A DNA stretch of 64,000 nucleotides from a virus, in IMG/VR virus record IMGVR_UViG_3300002462_000001; one strand, written 5' to 3'. Below, piece after piece: positions 28,028 to 37,217 of this stretch. The translations under genes and the position numbers were made by a program. Within the stretch, counting starts at the first letter, position 1, and every line of letters begins with the position of its first letter. A model generated the notes under the pieces. It made no database searches and was not told the DNA's origin. It saw nothing but the letters and a program-made list of their open reading frames with translations.

Positions 28028-28782
28028 GCTATGAGCTTCTTAGGTATGTGCAGACCACGCGCTCTGTGAATATCCGAGTAATAACTCTCATACCATACCG
28101 CATCCCGACACGTACATGGGGTATTGAAATAGTCATACACACTTTCCACACAGGGTAAATCAACATCAGGAAATCCGCGCCAATCTGAAATCATGTCGGC
28201 AGCTTTAGTCCCTGACAATCTGTATACAACGCGCACCTCAACTCCTTTCTGCCGCATTTCACACTGAAAATGAGTGCTCAACAGATAGCAATCAGCACAG
28301 ATATTCGGAAGCACATTTCCTAAACCATCAGCAGTATACGTTACATTTTTTGCACCACTGTTCTGCCTGATCTTTAAAATAACCTCATACGGATTGGCTG
28401 TTAGAAACGCCAACCCTGTAACCGGGTGATAAAAATCATCGCCAACAACGTGAGTCATATACTCGAAAGCCTGCAAGTCGCGTTGACAAGGTTCGAGATA
28501 AGCAGTAAATAACCTAAACTCCTCCGGACCAATGCTGCGACAAAAACTGTCACACCATGCTCTATGCGGACTGCCCTCAGGCAAGTAGCAGTAAACGTTA
28601 AACTCATCTCCGCAACGATCATAATTCAGAATATTTCGCATCGTTTCAGTAACCCGAAAGGGCGACTCAACTATCTCAGACTTGTTGTCGCGAACCGAGC
28701 TAATCGATAATCCGTTTTTACCGGCTAGAAATGCACCTGCAACCAAAGCAACTGACTTGATAAAATTTCTACGTGAATTCAT
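28024..28782 (-). CDS. Hypothetical protein with Tat-like signal
   Basis: MNSRRNFIKSVALVAGAFLAG. Confidence 0.7.
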   Translation of the reverse strand: MNSRRNFIKSVALVAGAFLAGKNGLSISSVRDNKSEIVESPFRVTETMRNILNYDRCGDEFNVYCYLPEGSPHRAWCDSFCRSIGPEEFRLFTAYLEPCQRDLQAFEYMTHVVGDDFYHPVTGLAFLTANPYEVILKIRQNSGAKNVTYTADGLGNVLPNICADCYLLSTHFQCEMRQKGVEVRVVYRLSGTKAADMISDWRGFPDVDLPCVESVYDYFNTPCTCRDAVWYESYYSDIHRARGLHIPKKLIA

Positions 28783-29026
28783 TATGTTTTTAAAAGTTAG
28801 AGTGAATTACTAATATGCATCAAATTAACCTACGCCACGCCACAATAAAAAATTGTGCTACCCTACGCGTTTGCGGAATTGACATCCGCCGGTACTACCC
28901 GTGTAGGGTCGGGGCTGGCTAACACCAGACTTTGCCACTAGCACAAAAACAACCGGAGCCTCCTGACCGCTGCGGAGAGCCGAAATCAACTGCGGCGGCT
29001 CGTTTGAACGCAAAGCCCAACCTGTG

Positions 29027-30276
29027 TTGACATACTCCACACCCTAAATGGCGGGGATTCCTTGTGCTTCCACAGACCGCCTTGCTTTACGCAAGGTCTT
29101 ACGTTGTGTATGTTTTACATCGCACAGAGAGGCAATGCCCTGCCTCTTTATGTTGATTGCGGCATTTACATCACGGTCATGGTTGACTCCGCAACACGGA
29201 CAAGTCCATGACCTTTCACTTTTGAGTAGTTTTCTGTCCAACTTCTTCTCGCATGCAGAGCAAATATGACTAGACGCATAAAATCTAACTACTTTGACAA
29301 CTCTAGTATCGTACTTCGTTGCGATATACTGCAACTTCTGGATGAATGAACCAAGTGCCAAATCAGAGACCTTACGACCCCAAAGTCTTATCCATCCTTT
29401 CAAACACAAATCTTCAATACAGATGACATCGTAGGATTTGCACAACTCGTGGGCTAACTTCCACTGCCAATCCTCTCTCTGGCAAGAGATATGATAATGA
29501 AAATTATTGAGGTGTTTCCTCGCTCTGCGCCTATTATTACTACCTTTCTGCTTTTTGGAAAGTCTCTTCGATAAACTTCTATATTTATCGACCTGTTGGA
29601 ATAAAAATCGTGGTGATGCGATAGTCTCACCTGTATCTTTCGTTGCAAAGGTTATCAATCCAAAGTCTAAACCAACCGTCCCATTACAGGCTCGTGAAAG
29701 TTTCTTTGGCTGAATATCGCAACTCATACAGATGAAGTATCTATCACCACTTTTCTTAACTACTATTTGTTTGACATTATAATATTCACAGGATTTGTGA
29801 AACCTGAATGTACCCACTTTGTTTATCTGGAATTTATTATCTTCCAGTTTGAAACCTGATTGGGTAAACCGGATTGAACCACCTTGTCTAATCTTCTTGA
29901 ACTTTGGGGGTGCTTTCTGTAACTTATTGAAGAATCTTTGGTAAGATTCGTCAAGTTTCTGTACTACACCTTGCACAGTTTGACTGTTGAGCTTCATCCA
30001 ATAAGAATTGCGTTTCCTTTTCTTAGCGATAAACTTCTGCAGCTGACTAACACTCAGATATTTACCGTAGATTCGATAGGATAGTTTCTGAATGGTCAAA
30101 GCATAATTCCAAATATAGTTAGACGTAACAATTAACTCACCGAGCCGGCTGTTACGCTTATTCTTATGATAGAGTTTATACTTGAAATTTTGCATACAAC
30201 GATTATACCTTAAATTGATTTCGGCAACGCACCTTATATCTAGTAGTCTAAAGTCTATAAATTTACGGTGCTTTTG
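29027..30276 (-). mobile_element. IS200/IS605-family (IS1341-like) tnpB-only element
   Basis: Left-end motif upstream of tnpB; right end GAATCCCCGCCATTTAGGGTGTGGAGTATGTCAA. Left boundary approximate. Confidence 0.85.
29044..30195 (-). CDS. tnpB: RNA-guided endonuclease TnpB
   Basis: HTH N-terminus, VGLDFG, ICIEDL, CSAC/CPCC Zn ribbon, HDRDVNAAINI: RuvC D-E-D intact. Confidence 0.95.
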   Translation of the reverse strand: MQNFKYKLYHKNKRNSRLGELIVTSNYIWNYALTIQKLSYRIYGKYLSVSQLQKFIAKKRKRNSYWMKLNSQTVQGVVQKLDESYQRFFNKLQKAPPKFKKIRQGGSIRFTQSGFKLEDNKFQINKVGTFRFHKSCEYYNVKQIVVKKSGDRYFICMSCDIQPKKLSRACNGTVGLDFGLITFATKDTGETIASPRFLFQQVDKYRSLSKRLSKKQKGSNNRRRARKHLNNFHYHISCQREDWQWKLAHELCKSYDVICIEDLCLKGWIRLWGRKVSDLALGSFIQKLQYIATKYDTRVVKVVRFYASSHICSACEKKLDRKLLKSERSWTCPCCGVNHDRDVNAAINIKRQGIASLCDVKHTQRKTLRKARRSVEAQGIPAI

Positions 30277-30294
30277 TTAAGCCCTCCGCACCGA

Positions 30295-30831
30295 TCACAA
30301 ATTATGAACATTTACGGTATGCCGTAAATATACATCAAGTTCAATAGACTCCGCAGATGTATTAGAAAACACGGCTGCCAAATGCCCCTTTTTCAACGTC
30401 CCCGCACGGTAAGGTACTCCGCCCATAATAGGCGGCAAACTGAACATTACACGACCAGGAATCGACTGCGAAAACTCTTCTGCAAGATTATCATAACTTC
30501 CCCGCCTAAGAACACCGACACCATAAGTCAACAAGTCTTCTATACCAAAATAAGGCTCCAAACACTCCGTATTATCAAGCATAAAAATAAACTTCGTGTT
30601 TAACATCGGATTTACATCAGCGTCAGCAGACTTATCCGATAAAATGTTCCACTGATAAAGCAGCCCGTTTACAGGCGAATATGCGTTAATGTGACTTTCC
30701 AAATCACCCATAACAGATAAAGGAAGAGTCACCAAGTGATACTTGAATGCCTTATCTTCACCGCAGAAAACTTCAACAACTTTGGATTTAACGTTCCAGT
30801 GATCTAATCTGGCTTGCGAAAAAGAATACAT
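30295..30831 (-). CDS. Hypothetical protein
   Basis: ORF track. Confidence 0.65.
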   Translation of the reverse strand: MYSFSQARLDHWNVKSKVVEVFCGEDKAFKYHLVTLPLSVMGDLESHINAYSPVNGLLYQWNILSDKSADADVNPMLNTKFIFMLDNTECLEPYFGIEDLLTYGVGVLRRGSYDNLAEEFSQSIPGRVMFSLPPIMGGVPYRAGTLKKGHLAAVFSNTSAESIELDVYLRHTVNVHNL

Positions 30832-30843
30832 AGAATATACAAT

Positions 30844-31161
30844 TTAAAGGGTTGTGTTATTATCTGCCGATTTAGCAAATGGATTTACAATCGGCTGCGT
30901 ACTATCCAGCACCACAGTTCGTAAGTGTAACCACTGACCAAACTCGACACGGCTCCAACAGATGTGCTTTCGACCTAAACTTGTATCAGTTTCGGCCTCC
31001 CAATCGTGACCACTCTCAGACATAATCTGATTAATAAAGGATATGGCATCGCCCCTAGAAGAAAATAATCTGAACTCATCGTGACTTCCGGTGTCGAAAT
31101 GTATAAGGTAAAATTTTTGCTTTTTTGACATAAGTTGATTAACGTATTTACGGCTAAACAA
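30844..31161 (-). CDS. Hypothetical protein
   Basis: ORF track. Confidence 0.55.
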   Translation of the reverse strand: MFSRKYVNQLMSKKQKFYLIHFDTGSHDEFRLFSSRGDAISFINQIMSESGHDWEAETDTSLGRKHICWSRVEFGQWLHLRTVVLDSTQPIVNPFAKSADNNTTL

Positions 31162-31780
31162 CAGCCTTCAACGTTTTTGTTTTTGATTTCTTAGGAACAG
31201 ATTTAGCAACAACTTCAGTCTTAGGAACCGGCAATTCAACCGGACCCACTAAATCAACTGAAAGCCGTTCGTTTACAAGATTAAGTTTATCCGCCAACTC
31301 CACCATGTACGCAAGGTCCTGTTTAGGATCCTTATGCGGTAAATAAACCGGTAACGCAGGTATTTTAAGAGACCGCAACAACTCGCTCGGTTCCAACATC
31401 TCACCAGCACACAAATACCTTGTAACATCGTAACAACGACTCTGTGAGCCTGACCACCACACAGCAGGAATAAATTTAAAACCCCTGCGAACACAATTTC
31501 CGGCGATACGCCGGATCAAGAATAAACCGTCAAACCCCAAAATAATAGGGGCTTGACGGCTCTGGAAACACCAACTATTCAAGGTTGCACAGAGATCCTC
31601 ATAATCTCCGCTATCAACTAATACCCAATGTTTCACGGTAAGAAACTCATCCCTGGAAACACCAGGTCTGAGAAGGCAAGCACTTACAGAGCGCAAATCA
31701 TCCACCATCAGCGGACCTTCCGTGTCCATAGGATGTTCTCCGTAAGATGCTGCCAAAAATAAAATCGATGTTGCTGACAT
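31154..31780 (-). CDS. Hypothetical protein, possibly degenerate 3'-5' exonuclease fold
   Basis: IILGFDGLFLIRR..YDV resembles PolB-type exonuclease segments; weak. Confidence 0.4.
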   Translation of the reverse strand: MSATSILFLAASYGEHPMDTEGPLMVDDLRSVSACLLRPGVSRDEFLTVKHWVLVDSGDYEDLCATLNSWCFQSRQAPIILGFDGLFLIRRIAGNCVRRGFKFIPAVWWSGSQSRCYDVTRYLCAGEMLEPSELLRSLKIPALPVYLPHKDPKQDLAYMVELADKLNLVNERLSVDLVGPVELPVPKTEVVAKSVPKKSKTKTLKAVV

Positions 31781-31832
31781 AGTGCAATATATTATATCAA
31801 CAATTGTTCTGATTCTGACGAAAATTGAATAT

Positions 31833-32504
31833 TCACGCAGTTTGACGGACTTTTAACTTGTAGATGTGACTGTTTGTTGCTTTGGGTTTTTGTACGGTTT
31901 CGACTAAAGTTCGTATTGCGTCTGGTTTAGTTTTTTCTAGGAATTCGTCTAACAGGAAGCATATAACACTGGTTGACTCTTCGATTGGGTTTTCGGCCAT
32001 GTACGCTACGTCTAAAATGTTGCCTATTTCTATGTGAATGTTTGCTTCATCCGGTTCTATATTCGTCCAATCATACATCATGCAAAACTCGACATAAGGT
32101 AAGATTACCAATGTCTTAGATCTATTTTTCTTGGCAATTATCATCCAAGACCAAGCGTTAGCATCCTCCTGTGATTTAGCCGCCTGCTGTATCCACTGCT
32201 CAAGAAGTGACAGCTTCGTGCCGTCCTCTCTGTCTAATATCCGCTGTATCTCAAAATCAGGGTAACCGCGCTTAATCTCTACAGCAAAGTAATCTATAAA
32301 CGGCTTACCATCAGCATCCAAATAACACAAATCACCGGCAGAATTAGCCGTTGCCTTGTTCAATTTTGCCCTGCCAGTAGCTCTGGCACCAGAACTGGAA
32401 CTCCTATAAAATATATCATCCCGCTCTCCTTTCGACCACCACTTCGATAACGTAGCAGCAATCTCTCTCTCAAATGCACTTCCTTTCGACTTACTATTAT
32501 TCAT
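31833..32504 (-). CDS. Holliday junction resolvase (PD-(D/E)XK, Hjc-like)
   Basis: NSKSKGSAFEREIA..GDL..AVEIKR. Confidence 0.8.
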   Translation of the reverse strand: MNNSKSKGSAFEREIAATLSKWWSKGERDDIFYRSSSSGARATGRAKLNKATANSAGDLCYLDADGKPFIDYFAVEIKRGYPDFEIQRILDREDGTKLSLLEQWIQQAAKSQEDANAWSWMIIAKKNRSKTLVILPYVEFCMMYDWTNIEPDEANIHIEIGNILDVAYMAENPIEESTSVICFLLDEFLEKTKPDAIRTLVETVQKPKATNSHIYKLKVRQTA

Positions 32505-32514
32505 ATTGATCTCC

Positions 32515-32757
32515 TTACAAACGAATACGCATACTTGCTGGACATTCCCGATAGTCTAAATTTCTGATTTTAATTGGCATATGCGTATCGAACGCATAAA
32601 TTAAATGACCTGTATCCCCTGACACACGGTATAAACCGCTGTACCAGTAGTACCTGTCGAAACCGTAACCAATATCACGGTATGTAATACCGTACTTTTT
32701 TAGCAAAACTAACGCCTTTAAATAATTTCTTGAATCTAAAATTCCTCCTCGACGCAT
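32515..32757 (-). CDS. Hypothetical protein
   Basis: ORF in coupled run. Confidence 0.45.
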   Translation of the reverse strand: MRRGGILDSRNYLKALVLLKKYGITYRDIGYGFDRYYWYSGLYRVSGDTGHLIYAFDTHMPIKIRNLDYRECPASMRIRL

Positions 32758-32758
32758 G

Positions 32759-33199
32759 TTACATGATGGGTCTAGGTTTTGTGTTTGTTTTCATCATTTC
32801 ATAAATGGAGTCATACTCACTCTGAGGTTTAATAACCCTATATCTATTAAGCACTTCAATATAAACATGCATACTCTTAGTCTTATCGTCCCAATGCCGC
32901 TCTACAAAAACAGTTTTATGCCATCCGCAAGCAGTCGCATTTACCAACGTCTGATACTTTTTAAGATGTTCCTCTTTCGATAAATCAAAAGTAAATACTG
33001 ATGCCAGTTGAGTAACAGGTATTTTCAATACTTCCTCGGGCCGAACCGCGGCATCAGCACCCGGTTCAACAAGATATGGAAGAGTATCTTCAACTCTAGA
33101 CCCAAAAACATACCTACCCACGCTAGGATCGTGTAAAATCCCGGGAGGCATATTGTCGGCAAACTCTTTTAACGAAATAGGGCGCTTGAGATCGGCCAT
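32759..33199 (-). CDS. Hypothetical protein
   Basis: ORF in coupled run. Confidence 0.65.
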   Translation of the reverse strand: MADLKRPISLKEFADNMPPGILHDPSVGRYVFGSRVEDTLPYLVEPGADAAVRPEEVLKIPVTQLASVFTFDLSKEEHLKKYQTLVNATACGWHKTVFVERHWDDKTKSMHVYIEVLNRYRVIKPQSEYDSIYEMMKTNTKPRPIM

Positions 33200-33783
33200 T
33201 AAATAACTTTCAACTTAGTGAAATCCGGATGATTGCCCTTCTGCCACGCTGCGTGCATATAGGCAACTGAATCGGTTTTATTATCCGCGGTAAACGATAA
33301 ACGTTTACTATAAACAAAAGCATACACTGGGCGAAATTTATCAAAAAATGCTTTACGAGCAGCACTCTCAAAAAAGTTCAACCGCAACAACATGACCACC
33401 CAACCATTATCCTTCACGTCCGATAAAGCCTTTTCCACGATAGGTTGCGATAGGGCAAAGGGTGGGTTGGTAATAATTAGGTCAGGTTCGTAATCTACCT
33501 CATGCTCCAAATAATCCTCGATTATAGCGGCTTTACTGTCATCTCGTATGTCAACGGTTGTTATACACGGTGTTAAACCGTTACCAAAATGACGTTGAAG
33601 TGCTTCTGGATAAGACATAGGATTATTATCGTCGCCGCCAGCACACGGATCAAGAATACAAATCGTACTCCAGTCCAGTAAAACTACTTTTTCAAATTCT
33701 TTCAAAAAATTAACCACGCTTACAACTGGGGTACAATAGTACCCGTAACTATTCTGTTCTCTTCCTCTGTTCGTACTGGACAT
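33199..33783 (-). CDS. Orphan N6-adenine DNA methyltransferase
   Basis: ILDPCAG (motif I), IITNPPF (motif IV), MLLRLNFFE. Confidence 0.85.
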   Translation of the reverse strand: MSSTNRGREQNSYGYYCTPVVSVVNFLKEFEKVVLLDWSTICILDPCAGGDDNNPMSYPEALQRHFGNGLTPCITTVDIRDDSKAAIIEDYLEHEVDYEPDLIITNPPFALSQPIVEKALSDVKDNGWVVMLLRLNFFESAARKAFFDKFRPVYAFVYSKRLSFTADNKTDSVAYMHAAWQKGNHPDFTKLKVI

Positions 33784-33790
33784 TTAACTG

Positions 33791-34951
33791 CTATTCAAAA
33801 CCAAAAAATCTAGCCAAGGAACTCTTAATCGTCGGCTCCTCTACCTTCATATCAACATTACCGACTCTGGACAACTTGTCAAACACCGCTTTATTGGGCT
33901 TCAACCCACCAAGAGCAACATACACACGCATCGAATCAGGCTTTGCCTCGTTCACATACACAGCAGGATGCAAAAGCATGTCCTTCTGTTTGCTGCTGTT
34001 ACGCAACAAATCCAACCCGCCCATCAACTCCTCAGTACTAAATGTGTTGAGCACGTTCTCACCAGCAACCACAATACATACTCCCTGCGTTGCCTTGCTA
34101 ATGTCTACGTCCGCCAAAGTTGCCGATTGGAAGGTGTCCATAATCGCCCTAGCAACTACATCACTTCCTTCTTCCCAGTTAGAAACGCCGGAAACACCGA
34201 AAGTAATCATGCCGCTATCCAACAACTGACTCAAATCAGAACTGTCGAATGTCTGCTCAGACGGCATTGCAGCCATCGTATTAAACGCATGAAGCAGATT
34301 AGCCACACCTTTATTAGCATCAGAATTACGCTTTGCGTAACTGGAGTTATGAATCTTGGCGACACGGGCGTTATCGATAATAACCATCGGAGTAGGATTA
34401 AGCACCAAAAACTCAGCATACGCATAAATAGCATTTTTCGCTACACGGCTCCCTTCTTGCTCCATCGGCAAGGATAGAATACATCCTATCTTGGCGTTCA
34501 TGCCCTTAGACTCGATGTACTCCTGCAAATACTTGAAAATAACCGGACCCATTCCAGAACCAGTACCGCCTCCAAGACCAGCACAGATGAATACATACTC
34601 AAAGTCAGTACCCAAAATCTCCTCAATATATCTGAGCAGCTGTACCCTAGTTGAGGGCTTCAAAACACATTCTCGTGCCTTGGACGGGTCTTTACCAGCT
34701 CCGCCAATACTAAGATCTACAAAATCAAGATCAGCAGAAAGACCTTTGCGATCCTGCTCGCAGGTGTTGGCCGCCATAGCTCGGCGGTAGCCCTTCTTGA
34801 AGAACTCATCGACTATCCTGCCGCCGGCAGCCCCACACCCTATAAACGCAAACTTCTTCGCAACAGGCTCCGAAAACTCGTCTGCCAGATTTAGCTCCTT
34901 TGAATCCTCTACCGGATGTACCTCTAAAACTTCTTCGTCAAAAATGGACAT
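33791..34951 (-). CDS. Tubulin/FtsZ-family GTPase (PhuZ/TubZ/CetZ-like)
   Basis: FIGCGAAGGRI, AGLGGGTGSG signature, T7-like FDSSDL. Confidence 0.92.
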   Translation of the reverse strand: MSIFDEEVLEVHPVEDSKELNLADEFSEPVAKKFAFIGCGAAGGRIVDEFFKKGYRRAMAANTCEQDRKGLSADLDFVDLSIGGAGKDPSKARECVLKPSTRVQLLRYIEEILGTDFEYVFICAGLGGGTGSGMGPVIFKYLQEYIESKGMNAKIGCILSLPMEQEGSRVAKNAIYAYAEFLVLNPTPMVIIDNARVAKIHNSSYAKRNSDANKGVANLLHAFNTMAAMPSEQTFDSSDLSQLLDSGMITFGVSGVSNWEEGSDVVARAIMDTFQSATLADVDISKATQGVCIVVAGENVLNTFSTEELMGGLDLLRNSSKQKDMLLHPAVYVNEAKPDSMRVYVALGGLKPNKAVFDKLSRVGNVDMKVEEPTIKSSLARFFGFE

Positions 34952-34967
34952 AGTGTACTTGTGAAAT

Positions 34968-34984
34968 TGCTCTCGCGCGAGAGT
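34968..34984. promoter_or_regulatory. 17 bp element TGCTCTCGCGCGAGAGT with perfect 14 bp palindrome (copy 1)
   Basis: Between a CCTATAAT -10 and the tubulin start; identical copy at 59356-59372. Confidence 0.6.
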
Positions 34985-35308
34985 GTCTTTTCGTGTGATT
35001 ATAGGGCTTAGCCGCCGTAGCGCAAGCCTATTTTCAAGAAAAATCAGGCTATCTGTACAACCTCAACGAACCATCCACATCCGCAATACATGTATTGCCC
35101 CTATAATTCTTAGTCAAAGTAGGTGTCCAAGGCCGCTCATCAAGCAGTGATGTCCGCCAGACGTACCAATCATCATAAAGACTGTTGCTATAGGGCAGAT
35201 ACGCCCATTTAAGGTTATCACGCCTGCTCTGACATTTAGCGTAGCCGACCGATAATAACGCAAACTCCAAATCACTGGACACACCGTACAGGTCGAACAT
35301 TGTCGGAT

Positions 35309-35677
35309 TTACAGACATCGTTTTATAGGCTGCAATGCAGAAATGTCGCCCTGTAACTCGTCGTAATCGTCCTTGTCGTAGCCCGACCACACATTATCAC
35401 TGCCCTTGACCCAAACCAAGATACTGCCGCCATAATGCTCAAGTTCAACACCGCATTCAATCATGCCGTGATACGGCCACTCGGGATCCGGCATGCCGGC
35501 CTCCCCATTGTCAAACCGTGTGTAAAATTTTTCAGCCATCGGACGAATATCTAACCATCGCACAAAACAATTACCCTGAACATTCAACAACGCATCAGCT
35601 AAACGCTCAAAAACAACTAGATCAAAATCATACTCGTCCTTATCAGTTTGATGAATTAAAGCAAAGATATGTTCCAT
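35309..35677 (-). CDS. Hypothetical acidic protein
   Basis: ORF track. Confidence 0.55.
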   Translation of the reverse strand: MEHIFALIHQTDKDEYDFDLVVFERLADALLNVQGNCFVRWLDIRPMAEKFYTRFDNGEAGMPDPEWPYHGMIECGVELEHYGGSILVWVKGSDNVWSGYDKDDYDELQGDISALQPIKRCL

Positions 35678-35683
35678 AGTGTT

Positions 35684-36382
35684 TTACAGGGCTGCAACAT
35701 GCTCATCTTGTAACTGTTTTAGCTGCTCTGCTTTTTTGCAAATGCCCTCTATCATCCGGTCAGTTGCTGCACATTCATTCTCAAAGTCCTCACGATACGC
35801 AATGTACTGTGTTACATCGGTATGTATCTCATCGACAATTTTAAGCTTCTCCTCAGCCCAATTACGTTTTTCAACTGTATCTATGCTCGGCTTGACGATA
35901 TCCCAATCGTTAGCATATACATCAGCGCACGGAAAATTAACATGCTTGTTTATGTCATCTTCGTCGTGCCACATTACTATACATCCGCTCTCATCTATTT
36001 TATGCTTCCAGCTACCATTTTTACGTTTAACAGTGTGCCCTCTCTCCAAAGCATTCATAGCCTCTAAGAAGGACATATCTGTTTCTTTCGTCATTGCATC
36101 GCCGGATAGAGAACTCCGCGGCGGTACATATTCAGACGACAGTTTTGCTCCAAGACTACGCTCCAGTAGATACACTGACGACTTTAACTCACCGACCTGA
36201 TGTTGCAGACTGCATACCATATCGCGCCTCTCCTCCGAAACATAAGCAAGTCTGTTTATAACAGCTGCCGCATCAGGGCAAATACGCTTAATCATCTCAA
36301 TATTCAGGTCGGTGTGCCCGCCAAAACATTCTTTTATTGCAAACGATATAGCATTATCAACTCTCTCTTTAATCATCCTCAA
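35684..36382 (-). CDS. Protein with internal DUF2829/Tad2-like domain
   Basis: MSFLEAMNALERGHTVKRKNGSW...ADVYANDWDIV. Confidence 0.6.
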   Translation of the reverse strand: MRMIKERVDNAISFAIKECFGGHTDLNIEMIKRICPDAAAVINRLAYVSEERRDMVCSLQHQVGELKSSVYLLERSLGAKLSSEYVPPRSSLSGDAMTKETDMSFLEAMNALERGHTVKRKNGSWKHKIDESGCIVMWHDEDDINKHVNFPCADVYANDWDIVKPSIDTVEKRNWAEEKLKIVDEIHTDVTQYIAYREDFENECAATDRMIEGICKKAEQLKQLQDEHVAAL

Positions 36383-36501
36383 GATCTCCTTTTTGTTTTT
36401 CTTCTACTTGGTTATCCTCGCACACTTCACATGCCTCGATAACCAACACACCCTCTTCTTCGTGCGACTTTTTAGGTGCGCCGCAACACTCACAAACATG
36501 T

Positions 36502-36954
36502 TCAGCCATCATGATCCTCGATTGTTCTGCTTTCAAAAAAATCTAAACAATTCTTAATACAAGTATCACTATAGTCAGCCACCTCACCTACCAAATCTAC
36601 CACAATGTCATGATATAAAGACATAACTGAAGCCGCTACAACACTCTGAAAAGCAATAAATGATGGATCATCAGGCTTAAGGTCAGCATCTTGAAACGCT
36701 TCATAAGGATCGCGTTTAACGTCATTACTCAAAAGATCAGTAAAATACCTATCATAAAACCTAACCGCCTCAAGCAGCCCTTCTTTGGTAGCACCGCGGT
36801 CGTACAGAAATTGGCGCATCTCTTCACCCTCCGGGTCAGTGACCCAGCCAGCAGCGAGTTTAACTGCTTGAGGAAATAACGTAATTACAGAATCTGTAAT
36901 CGTAGTAAATTGTGCACTGGAATTTTTATCTCTTACTCTTACCTTTTTTGTCAT
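36502..36954 (-). CDS. Hypothetical protein
   Basis: ORF coupled to csrA. Confidence 0.6.
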   Translation of the reverse strand: MTKKVRVRDKNSSAQFTTITDSVITLFPQAVKLAAGWVTDPEGEEMRQFLYDRGATKEGLLEAVRFYDRYFTDLLSNDVKRDPYEAFQDADLKPDDPSFIAFQSVVAASVMSLYHDIVVDLVGEVADYSDTCIKNCLDFFESRTIEDHDG

Positions 36955-37145
36955 AATTTTGCCTTAGTTAAGTGTTTAGCGTCGTCTCGCACAATAGATA
37001 CATTCGCCGGAGCAGATATACCTATTCGTACATTTTTCTCCGTAATTTTACATACAACGATCTCTATATCGTCGCCAATCAATATTTTTTGATCTTCTGC
37101 TCTGGATAACACCAAATATGATTTATCTTTGTTTTGTTTTCCCAT
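36951..37145 (-). CDS. csrA: Carbon storage regulator CsrA/RsmA
   Basis: LVLSRAEDQKILIGDDIEIVV..NVRIGISAPANVSIVRDD. Confidence 0.95.
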   Translation of the reverse strand: MGKQNKDKSYLVLSRAEDQKILIGDDIEIVVCKITEKNVRIGISAPANVSIVRDDAKHLTKAKL

Positions 37146-37217
37146 CTCGGAAATTGTTAGAGTTTTTAAAGAAATTCGCAGCCAGACAGCCGTGCCTAAC
37201 TGCGAAAAAAGTGAAAT

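Noticed and set aside
28854-29001. tRNA, tmRNA, SRP RNA or c-di-GMP-I riboswitch
   Set aside because: Only fragments match (T-arm-like hairpin, GAACGCAAAGCC); no cloverleaf or full consensus. Kept as unassigned structure.
28858-29040. 60 aa ORF MEYVNTG
   Set aside because: Starts within the IS right end and overlies inverted repeats; likely spurious.
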